A DNA stretch of 64,000 nucleotides from an uncultured Verrucomicrobiae bacterium. Its GTDB lineage: Bacteria; Verrucomicrobiota; Verrucomicrobiia; Limisphaerales; Palsa-1400. The notes beneath the pieces are model-generated. The model was not told where the DNA came from. It did not search any database and worked only from the letters and a program-made list of their open reading frames with translations. Below are positions 28,105-37,803 of this stretch, piece by piece (position 1 is the first letter of the stretch; each line of letters begins with the position of its first letter). A program made the position numbers and the translations under genes. The stretch lies in contig CAVPOM010000006.1 in the NCBI GenBank assembly GCA_963707025.1, positions 288,001 through 352,000 on the forward strand. Direction: 5' to 3'.

Positions 28105-28252
28105 GAAAATCCGCCCCTCTGCGCCTTCCTTTTCAAATTCCAACACGCTCTGGCTGCGGCCCTGGAAAGATTTATGGGGAAATTGTTTGCTGATTTGCGC
28201 GGGCATGATAAGATAAGGTGCTATAATTACATATTTTAATAAACCGTAGCTT

Positions 28253-31200
28253 ATGAAAACTGACTTGAAGAGATTCTCCCTGGGGTTGTGTGTCCTGGCG
28301 GCCTGGGCCGGCTTTAACCGCGTCTGCTCCGCACAGGTCGCCGTGACCATCACCCCCAATGCGGTCAGCAACACCTACCCCGGGAAGATCACGCTGCAAG
28401 TGACCGGATTGAACCCGGGGGAAAGCGTGCTGGTGCAGAAGTATTTGGACGCCAACACCAATGGCATCGTGGATGCCGGGGATTTTGTGGTGCAACAGTA
28501 CAGCTTGACGGACGGGCAGGCGGCGGTTTTCAGCGGGGTGACCAATTCGGGCGTTCCCGGCGACACGGACACGAACGCGGGCCAGATCACCGCGATATTG
28601 TATTTTCAAAATGGCGACTTCGGGCAAACTATTGTCGGGCAATATCTGTATGTGGTTTACAGCGCGACCGGCCGGTTCGCGCCCATCACCAACCAGTTCA
28701 CCGTCACCAACGCAGCCTATGCCCAGTCATTCAGCGGCAGCGTGGTCAACAGCGGCACCAATATGCCCAATGCCGTCATTTTGGTGCTGGCCGCCACAGG
28801 CAAGGGGGGTCCGGTGGCCGAGGCGGTGGCCGGCAATTCGGGCAATTATGCGGTGGCGGTGCCGCCCGGAACCTACTCGCTGGTTGCTGTCAAAAGCAAT
28901 TTTGTCGCGGATGCCACGCTCGCGGGCAACCTGGTTTTGGGCAGCGGGGCGAACATCAACACCAATTTGAGTCTCTTCGGCGCCACCCAAACCATTTCCG
29001 GCAGAATTGTGGACGCGAATAATTCCAGCATCGGATTGCCGGCAATTACCATGCCCATGCAAACGCCGGGGGGCCTGCTGGCCATTGCCTTCACGGACAC
29101 CAACGGCAATTTCAACGCGGGGGTCAATCCCGGCCACTGGAAGGTGGAAGGCGACCCCGGCGGGTTGGTCATCCACGGTTATCTTTCCTTGCAAAATAAA
29201 TTGCAGGTGGACACCACGGCCGGCAGCGTCTCCGGCGTTTCCATCGCCCTGCCCAAAGGGACGGCCATGTTTTATGGCACCGTCCAGGACAATCTCAGTA
29301 ATCCCCTGGAAGGTGTTTCTCTCTTTTCGCAAGACAACACCAATCAATACGAAGCGGATGTCGTCACCACGGACAGTGGAAAATACTGGGCGGTGGCGCT
29401 GGGCGGCACCAGCGGCGACTCCTGGAACGTGGAAATTAGCAGCGACAGCAACACCGGCTTCAGCAATTATCTCTTTACCTTCCCCATGCTGGGTGAAAAC
29501 GGCGGGACCAACATCGGCGTGGGGCAGGCGGTGGAGGTGGATTTCACGGCGGTCCTCGCCACCAATCAAATCTACGGCTTCCTCCACGACAGCGGCGGCA
29601 ATCCCATCCCCAACGTCCAGGTCAGCGCCTCGGCCACCATCAGCGGCCAGAATTTCCAGCCGCAGGCCATTACCGATGGCAGCGGCTATTATTCGTTGAA
29701 CGTGGCCAACGGCAATTGGAGCGTCACCGTCTTTTGCGGGAGCGGCGACAACAGCCTGGACAACGCGCTGGGCGCGGGCAATTATCAATGCCCGGAACCC
29801 CAAAACACCAATATTGTCAATACTAATGCCGTGATTAACATCACGGTCCTTCCGCCTTACACCGGCCCCTATCAAATCAGCGGCGTCGTCACCGATCGTG
29901 GCGGCACTCCGGTGGTGGGGGTGCAGGTTTATGCCAGTGATGGCGTGGGCGACAACCTCACCACCATGACCGACGGCGGCGGGCACTACTCCTTCAACGT
30001 GGGCAACGGGAGCTGGAACCTGGACCTGGACTGCAGCGGCTTGAACTCGCAGGGCTATGGCTGTGCCAGCGGCCTGCAGACCAATGTTTCGGGGGCCAGT
30101 GTGGTGGTCAATTTCACGGTCGTTCCCACCTACTCCGGAGGCCCCTATCAAATCAGCGGGGTCGTCACCAATAATGGCGGCACTCCGGTGGTCGGGGTGC
30201 ATGTCTATGCCAGTGATGGCGTGGGCGACAACCTCAGCACCGCGACCGACACCGGCGGGCACTACTCCTTCAGCGTCGGCAACGCGAACTGGAATGTGAA
30301 CGTGGATTGCAGCGACTTGAACTCGCAGGGCTATGCCTGTCCCGGCGGGCAGCAGACGAATGTGTCGGGAGCCAGTGTGGTGGTGAATTTCACGGTTCGT
30401 CCCACCTACTCGGGAGGCCCCTATCAAATCAGCGGGGTCGTCACCAATAATGGCGGCAGTCCGGTGACGGCGGTGCATGTTTATGCCAGTGATGGCGTGG
30501 GGGACAACCTCAACACCACGACCGACAGCGGCGGGCACTACTCCTTCAGCGTCGGCAACGCGAACTGGAATGTGAACGTGGATTGCAGCGACTTGAACTC
30601 GCAGGGCTATGCCTGTCCCGGCGGGCAGCCGGCGAATGTGTCGGGGGCCAGTGTCGTTGTGAATTTTAGCGTGCAGCCGTGCGGTTCGCTGACCATCCAG
30701 ACGACGAGCCTGCCCGACACGATCGTAGGCGCCAGTTATAACGCCCAACTCAATAATTCCGGCTGTGACGCGCCTTTCACCTGGTCGCTGACGCTGGGTT
30801 CCCTGGCTTTGCCGCCAGGCTTCAGCCTTTCCTCCAATGGCGTTATTTCCGGAATGGTCACCAGCGCGGACATCGGGACAAATTATTTCTCCGTGCATGT
30901 GACGGACGGCCTGGCAAACGCGGCGGACCAATTATTGTCGCTGACGGTCTATCCGCCCCTGCAAATTTCCTACAACGGTTCGAGCAATGGGACGGTGGGA
31001 GTGTTTTACAGCGGGCAACTCCTGGTGTCGGGAGGCGACCCGTTCACGACGGGCTTCCCTTACAACGCCACCCTGGTCAGCGGTTCCTATCCGCCGGGCT
31101 TGAACCCTTCCTTTGGAACGATCACCACTTCCAACGCGGCTTTTGTCCTTTCCGGCACGCCCACGCTGAGCGGCACCTTCCCGTTTGTCGGGGTGGTGAG

Positions 31201-31738
31201 CGACGCCGAGGGCCATCAAGTGACCAACATTTATTCGATCACGATTGCCTCCGGGGCCGCGTTGCAGATCACGACCACCACGCTGAGCAATGCGCAGGCC
31301 GGGCTTTTTTATACCAACCAGCTTCAAGCCAGCGGCGGCACCCCGCCTTACACCTGGACGGTGGCGCTGGGTTCCCAGCCGGTGCCCACCGGTTTGAGCC
31401 TGGCGCCCAGCGGCGCGCTCTCGGGGGTGCCGTCCAACGGCGGCACGGGCAATTTCATCGTGCGCGTGACCGATCACGTTTCGGGCACGCTGACCCGTGG
31501 CTTGCAACTCATCATCAATCCCAAACCCTCTCTGGCCTCCCCATTCTGGCAGGCCAGCCAATTTCAAATGCGGCTGAGCGGGGCGGCCGGGCAGAATTAC
31601 ACCGTGCAAATGTCCACCAATTTGAGCAACTGGACTTCGTTGTTCGTCACCAACAACGGGCTGACTAATTCCTTTCTCGTGACCGACCCCAACGCGACCA
31701 ACAAACAACGCTCCTACCGTGTTTTAGTCGGGCCATGA
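28253..31738 (+). CDS. Large secreted protein: carboxypeptidase-regulatory-like repeats, putative Ig domains, conserved C-terminal beta domain
   Basis: Signal peptide; 'ISGVVT..GTPV.GV.VYA...TD.GGHYSF' repeats; 'ITTTTL...ASGGTPPYTW'. Confidence 0.85.
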   Translation: MKTDLKRFSLGLCVLAAWAGFNRVCSAQVAVTITPNAVSNTYPGKITLQVTGLNPGESVLVQKYLDANTNGIVDAGDFVVQQYSLTDGQAAVFSGVTNSGVPGDTDTNAGQITAILYFQNGDFGQTIVGQYLYVVYSATGRFAPITNQFTVTNAAYAQSFSGSVVNSGTNMPNAVILVLAATGKGGPVAEAVAGNSGNYAVAVPPGTYSLVAVKSNFVADATLAGNLVLGSGANINTNLSLFGATQTISGRIVDANNSSIGLPAITMPMQTPGGLLAIAFTDTNGNFNAGVNPGHWKVEGDPGGLVIHGYLSLQNKLQVDTTAGSVSGVSIALPKGTAMFYGTVQDNLSNPLEGVSLFSQDNTNQYEADVVTTDSGKYWAVALGGTSGDSWNVEISSDSNTGFSNYLFTFPMLGENGGTNIGVGQAVEVDFTAVLATNQIYGFLHDSGGNPIPNVQVSASATISGQNFQPQAITDGSGYYSLNVANGNWSVTVFCGSGDNSLDNALGAGNYQCPEPQNTNIVNTNAVINITVLPPYTGPYQISGVVTDRGGTPVVGVQVYASDGVGDNLTTMTDGGGHYSFNVGNGSWNLDLDCSGLNSQGYGCASGLQTNVSGASVVVNFTVVPTYSGGPYQISGVVTNNGGTPVVGVHVYASDGVGDNLSTATDTGGHYSFSVGNANWNVNVDCSDLNSQGYACPGGQQTNVSGASVVVNFTVRPTYSGGPYQISGVVTNNGGSPVTAVHVYASDGVGDNLNTTTDSGGHYSFSVGNANWNVNVDCSDLNSQGYACPGGQPANVSGASVVVNFSVQPCGSLTIQTTSLPDTIVGASYNAQLNNSGCDAPFTWSLTLGSLALPPGFSLSSNGVISGMVTSADIGTNYFSVHVTDGLANAADQLLSLTVYPPLQISYNGSSNGTVGVFYSGQLLVSGGDPFTTGFPYNATLVSGSYPPGLNPSFGTITTSNAAFVLSGTPTLSGTFPFVGVVSDAEGHQVTNIYSITIASGAALQITTTTLSNAQAGLFYTNQLQASGGTPPYTWTVALGSQPVPTGLSLAPSGALSGVPSNGGTGNFIVRVTDHVSGTLTRGLQLIINPKPSLASPFWQASQFQMRLSGAAGQNYTVQMSTNLSNWTSLFVTNNGLTNSFLVTDPNATNKQRSYRVLVGP
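29864..30672 (+). repeat. Three intragenic tandem repeats, 276-bp period
   Basis: Units start ggcccctatcaaatcagcgg at 29864, 30140, 30416. Confidence 0.95.
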
Positions 31739-31852
31739 CGGCCGGGCCATGGGCGCGGGGTCCGGCCAGCGGGTCGGCATCGGCGCGCCGCACCGGCACT
31801 GCCGCCCCATCGTTGCGGCTGGCGCCGGCGCCTCAGCCGGAAAGATGCAATT

Positions 31853-32011
31853 GAACCACGGATGAACACAGATAATCACGGATAAGGCAAGGCGATGACG
31901 GGCTTTTTCCTGGGGCTGGACAGAGCTGCCAAATCGTGAGCGAAAGGAGCACGGAGAAATCTCCTTTTCTGCGCCGTAGGATCCGTGTCCATCCGTGTTC
32001 ATCAGCGGTTC
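31853..32011. repeat. Inverted 31-bp arms built from 10-bp units (CACGGATnnn), of the type seen around GxxExxY genes
   Basis: gaaccacggatgaacacagataatcacggat versus atccgtgtccatccgtgttcatcagcggttc; 25/31 complementary. Confidence 0.85.
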
Positions 32012-32030
32012 TCCTCTGCATGGATGCGCC

Positions 32031-32498
32031 TCAGGGCTTGCCCGCGCCTGGCGCCAGGGCCTTGAGCTTGGGGTCCAGGGCCAGGGCGGCCTGGAATTCC
32101 TTCAGGGCCTGGTCGGGGCGGGAGAGCAGCAGAAGGGCATTGGCCAGATTATAGTGCGCCTCGCCGGTGTTTTGCAGGAGGACGGCGCTTTGAAAATTGG
32201 AAACGGCCAGAGGGAAGTTCTTTTGTTCCTCCGCCTGGAAGCCGAGTTTGACGTAGCCGAGGTACAAGTTCTTGTTGACGATCTGGCGGTGCAGCTTCTC
32301 GCTGCTGGCGCGGGTGGCCAGTTGCTCGGCGGCGAAATCGGACCGCTGGCCGACGACGTAGGCCGCCACCGTGATGAGAAAGGCGCAGAACAGAAAGATC
32401 TCCAACGGCAGGCTGGGAGGCGGGTCGTAGTCCGAGCTGTCCGCCGGAGCGGATGGGCCGGAAGGAACTCCCCCGGGATGGTTGATCGCGTCGGCCAT
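32031..32498 (-). CDS. Membrane-anchored TPR protein
   Basis: One TM segment; 'EAHYNLANALL...ALKEFQAALALDP'. Confidence 0.8.
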   Translation of the reverse strand: MADAINHPGGVPSGPSAPADSSDYDPPPSLPLEIFLFCAFLITVAAYVVGQRSDFAAEQLATRASSEKLHRQIVNKNLYLGYVKLGFQAEEQKNFPLAVSNFQSAVLLQNTGEAHYNLANALLLLSRPDQALKEFQAALALDPKLKALAPGAGKP

Positions 32499-32556
32499 AA
32501 TCTTGTTCGCCTGTCAATCTAACGCGCGGTCAGGGAAAAGGAAAGGGAATTGGGCT

Positions 32557-33030
32557 TCATTTTTTGGCCGCGCCCGTGTGCTTGAGGGCGTGGAAATTCC
32601 CCTCTTCGCAACTGCGCACAAACTCCTCCGTGACCGACTTCAATTCCTCCCAGCGCGCCCGGATGGATTTGGCTTCCCCGGGGGTGACCTGGTTGTCGTG
32701 CGCCGAGTCGGCCATGACGCCGAGCAAATCGGCAAAGTCCTGCACCACGTTGTTCATGGAGGGCACCAGGAAGGCCGGATGCGGCCTGCCCGTTTTTGGG
32801 TTCTTGATGAAAAAACCGCCCGCCTGCTGGCACAGCCATTGCACGATCCGCTCATCCCCGCTGCACCGCACCAGCTTGGCCACCCGGTCCAACGGATTGA
32901 CCGCCCCGCTTTTTTGCGCGGGCGGCTCGGCCCATTTATAGACCATGGACAGGGAAAGGCCCAACTCACCGGCCGCATGCTTGGGACTGGTCTTTTGAAA
33001 GACCTCGCGCAGAATTTCATGGGATTCCAT
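32557..33030 (-). CDS. Phage regulatory CII-like HTH protein
   Basis: 'KHAAGELGLSLSMVYKWAE..NPLDRV..IVQWLCQQAGGFF..DNQVTPGEA'. Confidence 0.7.
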   Translation of the reverse strand: MESHEILREVFQKTSPKHAAGELGLSLSMVYKWAEPPAQKSGAVNPLDRVAKLVRCSGDERIVQWLCQQAGGFFIKNPKTGRPHPAFLVPSMNNVVQDFADLLGVMADSAHDNQVTPGEAKSIRARWEELKSVTEEFVRSCEEGNFHALKHTGAAKK

Positions 33031-33146
33031 GAGGGGAAGACTGCCGCAAGCCAGGGCGGTTGGCAAGCCAACTTTGCGGCCCGGCCCGTCAACTTTTCCA
33101 AATTCCGGCGTGACATTGGCCTTGGGCCGTGGCAAATCAAGCGCCT

Positions 33147-33794
33147 ATGAAAAATTTGAAAAGCGCGTTTAGCTTCCTCATCGGGCTGGCCCTGGCAGGT
33201 CTGAGCGGTCCATTGGCCTCGCCGTCCGCCGCCCAAACGAACCCGCCCCCGCCTGCCGCCAAAGCAGTTGCCGGCGAAAAGGCAGTGGCGGTGATTAAAA
33301 CCTCTGAAGGCGACATGGTCATCGAGTTTTGGGATGATGCCGCCCCCGCTACCATTTTGAATTTTAAAACCCTGGCGAACGACAAGTTTTACGACGGCAC
33401 CGCCTTCCACCGCATCATGAAAGGGTTCATGGTGCAGGGCGGTGATCCGAAGACCAAAGATCCAAACAATAAAGAGGCCTACGGAACGGGCGGCCCGGGC
33501 TACACCATCAAAGACGAAAAGAATGGCCACAAACATGAAAGAGGTGTCATTGCCATGGGCAACACCGGCGCTCCCAACTCAGCAGGCTGTCAGTTCTACA
33601 TCTGCCTCGCGCCCCAACCCGGGCTGGATCGGATGAACTACACGACCTTCGGCCATTTGATCAAAGGGGACGATGTTCTGGAAAAGATTGGGAATACCCC
33701 CGTCGGACCGGACCGCCGTGGCGAAATGAGTTCTCCGACCAAACGCGTCGAAGTCATCAGCATCAAAATCGTCCCCGCCAGTTCGGTCAAATAA
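33147..33794 (+). CDS. Cyclophilin-type PPIase with signal peptide
   Basis: FYDGTAFHRI..FMVQGGDP, GPGY, QFYI, YTTFG. Confidence 0.92.
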   Translation: MKNLKSAFSFLIGLALAGLSGPLASPSAAQTNPPPPAAKAVAGEKAVAVIKTSEGDMVIEFWDDAAPATILNFKTLANDKFYDGTAFHRIMKGFMVQGGDPKTKDPNNKEAYGTGGPGYTIKDEKNGHKHERGVIAMGNTGAPNSAGCQFYICLAPQPGLDRMNYTTFGHLIKGDDVLEKIGNTPVGPDRRGEMSSPTKRVEVISIKIVPASSVK

Positions 33795-33804
33795 ATCAAT
33801 CCTT

Positions 33805-34317
33805 ATGGAAAACAACGAAGTCGCGGTCATCCAAACCTCCCAAGGCGAGATCACGCTGGCCTTTTGGCCGGAGGTCGCCCCCAAAACGGTGGAGAATTTC
33901 AAAACCCTGGCCAAAAAAGGGTTCTATGACGGCACCGCCTTCCATCGCATCGTCAAGGGTTTCATGGTGCAGGGCGGCGATCCTTTGACCAAGGACCCCA
34001 AGCAGGAAAGCCGCTGGGGCACGGGCGATCCCGGCTACAAGATCAAGGCGGAATTCAGCGACAAACCGCATGTTCGCGGCGTCATCTCCATGGCCCGCTC
34101 CTCCGACCCCCATTCCGCCGGCTCGCAGTTCTTCATCTGCCTGGCCGACGCCCGTTTTCTGGACAAGCAGTACACCGCCTTTGGCCAGGTGATCAAAGGC
34201 GACGACGTCCTGGGCAAGCTGGGCGACACCCCCACCACCCGCGGCGGCGGCGGCGAGAACAGCCGGCCCGTCGCGCGCGTCGGCGTCCAGAGCATCAAAA
34301 TCGTTCCCGCCGCCTGA
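33805..34317 (+). CDS. Cyclophilin-type PPIase, cytoplasmic
   Basis: FYDGTAFHRI, SMARSSDPHSAGSQFFI, YTAFGQV. Confidence 0.93.
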   Translation: MENNEVAVIQTSQGEITLAFWPEVAPKTVENFKTLAKKGFYDGTAFHRIVKGFMVQGGDPLTKDPKQESRWGTGDPGYKIKAEFSDKPHVRGVISMARSSDPHSAGSQFFICLADARFLDKQYTAFGQVIKGDDVLGKLGDTPTTRGGGGENSRPVARVGVQSIKIVPAA

Positions 34318-34329
34318 GGAACCGGGCTT

Positions 34330-34524
34330 GTGACTGTCCCTGAGCTTGCCGCATTGCTGGTGGCGCTGGGTTGTCCGGCGGAAAAATCGGCTGAGATGGC
34401 CGCCCAACTGGACAAGCGCGCCCGCCAACTGGCGGAGCAGAAGCAGAAAACCTACGACCAATCCCTGACCCATCTGCTCAACCTGATGAAGCAAGGCTGG
34501 GCCGCAAAAGGAATTAAGAATTAA
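34330..34524 (+). CDS. Small hypothetical protein
   Basis: 64-aa ORF co-oriented in operon context. Confidence 0.65.
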   Translation: MTVPELAALLVALGCPAEKSAEMAAQLDKRARQLAEQKQKTYDQSLTHLLNLMKQGWAAKGIKN

Positions 34525-34582
34525 GAATGTAGAATTAAGAATTCAGAGATTTCACTATTCACCATTCAATATTCAAAATTCC
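34512..34582. repeat. Inverted heptamer arrays (GAATTAA)x5...(ATTCAnn)x5
   Basis: gaattaa gaattaa gaatgta gaattaa gaattca then tttcact attcacc attcaat attcaaa attcc. Confidence 0.85.
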
Positions 34583-35125
34583 ATGATTCAGCCGTGGCGC
34601 AAAATCTCATCCCGGTCGCTGGGCGATTTCCGCATTTTCACCCTGCGGGCCGATCTGAAAATATCACCGCGCACGGGCCGGGAACATGAATTCTTTGTCA
34701 TGGATTCGGTCAACTGGGTCAACGTGGTGGCGGTGACGCCCGATCAACAGATCGTGCTGGTGGAGCAATATCGCCACGGCACCGACACGGTGGAATTGGA
34801 AATACCCGGCGGCGTGATGGACGCTCGGGACTCCTCGCCGGAGGCGACGGGCTGCCGTGAATTGCGCGAAGAAACCGGCTACGCAGGCGAACGGGCCCGG
34901 GTCATCGGCCGGGTTTTTTCCAACCCGGCCATCATGAGCAACACCTGCTTCACCATCCTGGTGGAGAACTGCCGTCTGGCCGGCCCGGTCCAATTCGACA
35001 GCGGCGAAGATTTGATCACGCGCCTCGTGCCGGTGGCGGAAGTGGCCGGTTTGGTGGCGTCGGGAAAAATCCGCCATTCCCTGGTGGTGGCGGCGCTTTA
35101 TTACTTCAACCTGGTCAGTCGTTGA
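34583..35125 (+). CDS. NUDIX hydrolase (ADP-ribose pyrophosphatase-like)
   Basis: EQYRH, ELEIPGG, RELREETGY Nudix box. Confidence 0.92.
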   Translation: MIQPWRKISSRSLGDFRIFTLRADLKISPRTGREHEFFVMDSVNWVNVVAVTPDQQIVLVEQYRHGTDTVELEIPGGVMDARDSSPEATGCRELREETGYAGERARVIGRVFSNPAIMSNTCFTILVENCRLAGPVQFDSGEDLITRLVPVAEVAGLVASGKIRHSLVVAALYYFNLVSR

Positions 35126-35127
35126 AA

Positions 35128-35406
35128 CTAAGTTTGCTTTCTAACTTTTTCCTTCTTTTCTTCCAATTCGGCCTGGAAGGTTTTGCGCGCGCTGACCAGT
35201 TGTTTCTCAATCTGCTCATAGGCTTCGGCATCGCCTTTGCCGGCGGCGGCGCGCAGTTCGCCTTTGAGAAAGATTTCGCGCTCGGCGATTTTGGCGGCGT
35301 ATTTGGAATCCAGTTCGGCCAACTGCTTTTTTTGTTCGTCGGTCAATTTGGTGGCGGGGGCGCTTTTGCCCAGGCGTTCCATGGCCAGTTCGTAGGAGGA
35401 TTTCAT
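35128..35406 (-). CDS. Hypothetical coiled-coil protein
   Basis: MKSSYELAMERL start, charged helical sequence. Confidence 0.8.
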   Translation of the reverse strand: MKSSYELAMERLGKSAPATKLTDEQKKQLAELDSKYAAKIAEREIFLKGELRAAAGKGDAEAYEQIEKQLVSARKTFQAELEEKKEKVRKQT

Positions 35407-35428
35407 GGGTGGGACCGGTGGTGATGTT

Positions 35429-35857
35429 TTATTTTTTCTTCCAAGGCATGTCGGGAAATTTTGCCGGGATGGGCGGCGGCGGCTTGGGCCGGGCGGCGGG
35501 CAAAGTGGATTCGGCCGCCTGCCGCGCGGCGGGAGCGGCCATGTCGCCGCGCCAGGAGGCGATGCGCGCCTGCAAAGCGTGGTGTTCGGCGGTCTTTTTG
35601 TCGCCGGCCTTCATGTAGGCGCGGGACAGATTGGTGTGGACCATCTGGTCGTTGGGCCGCATTTTTTCCGCCTTGTGCCCCTCGGCGATGGCGGCGGGAT
35701 AATCGCCCTGGGCAAAATAAGCGCCGCCCAGGGCCAGTTGGGCGTCAAAAAAATCCGGGTCTTCCGCCAAGATGGCCTTCAACCGTTGGATGGTGGCATC
35801 GCCATGTCCGGTGCTGAACTCGAACATGGCGTCATCAAATTGCTCCTGCAAGGTCAT
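35429..35857 (-). CDS. TPR protein
   Basis: 'DPDFFDAQLALGGAYFAQGDYPAAI...PNDQMVHTNLSRAY'. Confidence 0.85.
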   Translation of the reverse strand: MTLQEQFDDAMFEFSTGHGDATIQRLKAILAEDPDFFDAQLALGGAYFAQGDYPAAIAEGHKAEKMRPNDQMVHTNLSRAYMKAGDKKTAEHHALQARIASWRGDMAAPAARQAAESTLPAARPKPPPPIPAKFPDMPWKKK

Positions 35858-36027
35858 CGGCTGGGAAGATACTCCCGCCGGCACGGGATTGGCGAGCCTG
35901 ACTTGATGGGAGGCATGGGACGAACAGGCGGAGCGATTTGAGGCATTTTGTCTTGCGGCCAGGGATGGACCATTGACTGTTTTGTCCTTGCCTTCGCCTC
36001 GGCGGTCAAATCTGCTTGAGGCCGTTT

Positions 36028-37545
36028 ATGCGCCAGCTTTTCCGCCGCAAGTCACTTGACCGCCTGGTGGGCGAGACCCTCGAGCCGCAGCATCAGCTCA
36101 AGCGGGCGCTTGGCCCCGTGCATTTGACGTTATTTGGCGTGGGTGCGATTGTCGGCGCGGGGATTTTCTCAGCGGTTGGCACGGCGGCGGCGGGCGGGGC
36201 GGACCACATCGGGGCCGGACCCGCCATCGTGGTTTCCTTTTTGATCATGGCGCCCATCTGCGCGCTGGCGGGATTGTGCTACGCCGAATTCGCGTCCATG
36301 GCGCCGGTGTCCGGTTCGGCTTACACCTATGCTTACGCGTCGCTGGGGGAGTTGATGGCATGGATCATCGGCTGGGACCTGATTTTGGAATACGCCGTGG
36401 GCAACGTGGCGGTGGCCATTTCGTGGTCGGGTTATTTTCAAGCCTTGCTGCATTATCATTGGCCGGGCTGGCTGGGGGTGGACTTTCGGTCGGCCTTTCA
36501 GGCGGCCGGAGCGTTGGCGGACGCCACCGCCAACCACGTTGATCTTGCCAGCTTGGGCGACGACACGATGCGGGCCGCCCTGGCCTGGCAGCAAGCGCCG
36601 CATTTTCTCGGGATGCGGATTATCTTCAACCTGCCCGCTTTCGGCATCGTGATGCTGCTGACCGGGGTGCTGGTCAAAGGCATCAAGGAAAGCGCCCGGT
36701 TCAACTCCGGGATGGTCCTCCTCAAACTGGCCATCCTTTTGTTCTTCCTCATTCTGGGTGCCTTTTACCTAAAGCCGGAAAACTGGAAGCCCTTCGCGCC
36801 TCATGGATGGACCGGCATCAGCAGCGGGGCGGCCGTGATCTTCTTTGCTTACATCGGATTCGACGCGGTATCCACGGCGGCGGAGGAAACGCGCAACCCG
36901 CAACGCGACATGCCCATCGGCATCCTGGGCAGTCTGGGTCTTTGCACGGTCATTTATGTGGCGGTGGCGGTGGTGCTGACCGGGATGCTGCCATCCGGCA
37001 AACTGGATACCGCCGAACCCCTGGCCACCGCCTTCACCGGATTGGGCCTGAACTGGGTGGTGGTGATTATCTCGGTGGGCGCGCTGCTGGCCAATGCTTC
37101 GGTCTTGCTCGTCTTTCAAATGGGCCAGGCGCGCATTTTTTTCAGCATGGCCCGGGATGGATTGCTGCCGCCCTGGGCGGCCGCGGTGCATCCGAAATAC
37201 CGGACCCCGCACATCTCGACCATCCTGACCGGCCTGGTGGTGGCGGCGTTCGCTGGAGTGATGAAAATAGACGAAGTGCTGGACCTGTGCAATATCGGGA
37301 CCGCCTTCGCTTTTGTCTTGGTCTCAGCCGGTGTGATCATTTTGCGCAAGACCGACCCGGATCGCCCGCGCGGTTTCAAAACGCCGTGGGTGCCTTGGGT
37401 GCCATTGGCGGCGGTGATTTCGTGCGGCTGGCTGATGAAGATCCAGCCGCTGGTTACCTGGCGGCGGTTCGTCATCTGGCTGGTGGCGGGGCTGGCCCTC
37501 TATTTCTGCTATGGTTTTTGGCGCAGCAAGCTGCGGAAAAGGTAG
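36028..37545 (+). CDS. APC-family amino acid permease
   Basis: GAIVGAGIF, CYAEFAS, GSAYTY, FFAYIGFD, AEETRNPQRD. Confidence 0.93.
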   Translation: MRQLFRRKSLDRLVGETLEPQHQLKRALGPVHLTLFGVGAIVGAGIFSAVGTAAAGGADHIGAGPAIVVSFLIMAPICALAGLCYAEFASMAPVSGSAYTYAYASLGELMAWIIGWDLILEYAVGNVAVAISWSGYFQALLHYHWPGWLGVDFRSAFQAAGALADATANHVDLASLGDDTMRAALAWQQAPHFLGMRIIFNLPAFGIVMLLTGVLVKGIKESARFNSGMVLLKLAILLFFLILGAFYLKPENWKPFAPHGWTGISSGAAVIFFAYIGFDAVSTAAEETRNPQRDMPIGILGSLGLCTVIYVAVAVVLTGMLPSGKLDTAEPLATAFTGLGLNWVVVIISVGALLANASVLLVFQMGQARIFFSMARDGLLPPWAAAVHPKYRTPHISTILTGLVVAAFAGVMKIDEVLDLCNIGTAFAFVLVSAGVIILRKTDPDRPRGFKTPWVPWVPLAAVISCGWLMKIQPLVTWRRFVIWLVAGLALYFCYGFWRSKLRKR

Positions 37546-37642
37546 GGCGGGCACTCCGCTGCCTGCCGTCGAGCATTGGCGGGGGATCAACGCCGCGCTC
37601 CAGTCGTGCGGCGGGTCCCGATATTTCGGGGCCCGCCTTGCC
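37541..37642. repeat. REP-like family B pair with nested GGGTCCCGATATTTCGGGGCCC palindrome
   Basis: Supplies the permease stop codon (gGTAGggcgggcac); relatives at 23401, 54772-54882, 62558-62620. Confidence 0.75.
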
Positions 37643-37749
37643 CCCATTGCATTTGCCGCGATTTGCCACTTGACGATTTCCGGGGGTTGGTTAATATGTT
37701 GGAGAAGCTTTAAATTGTATTGCTGGATGAGTCCAGCGCGCAAAGTCGG

Positions 37750-37774
37750 AGAGCCAGGATCTACCGGCTTTTTT
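37750..37774 (+). promoter_or_regulatory. Hairpin plus U-tract in the nusA leader (possible attenuator)
   Basis: agagccagg-atcta-ccggct-ttttt. Confidence 0.45.
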
Positions 37775-37803
37775 ATTCCCCGCGTGGGGAATGTGAAGAT
37801 GTT

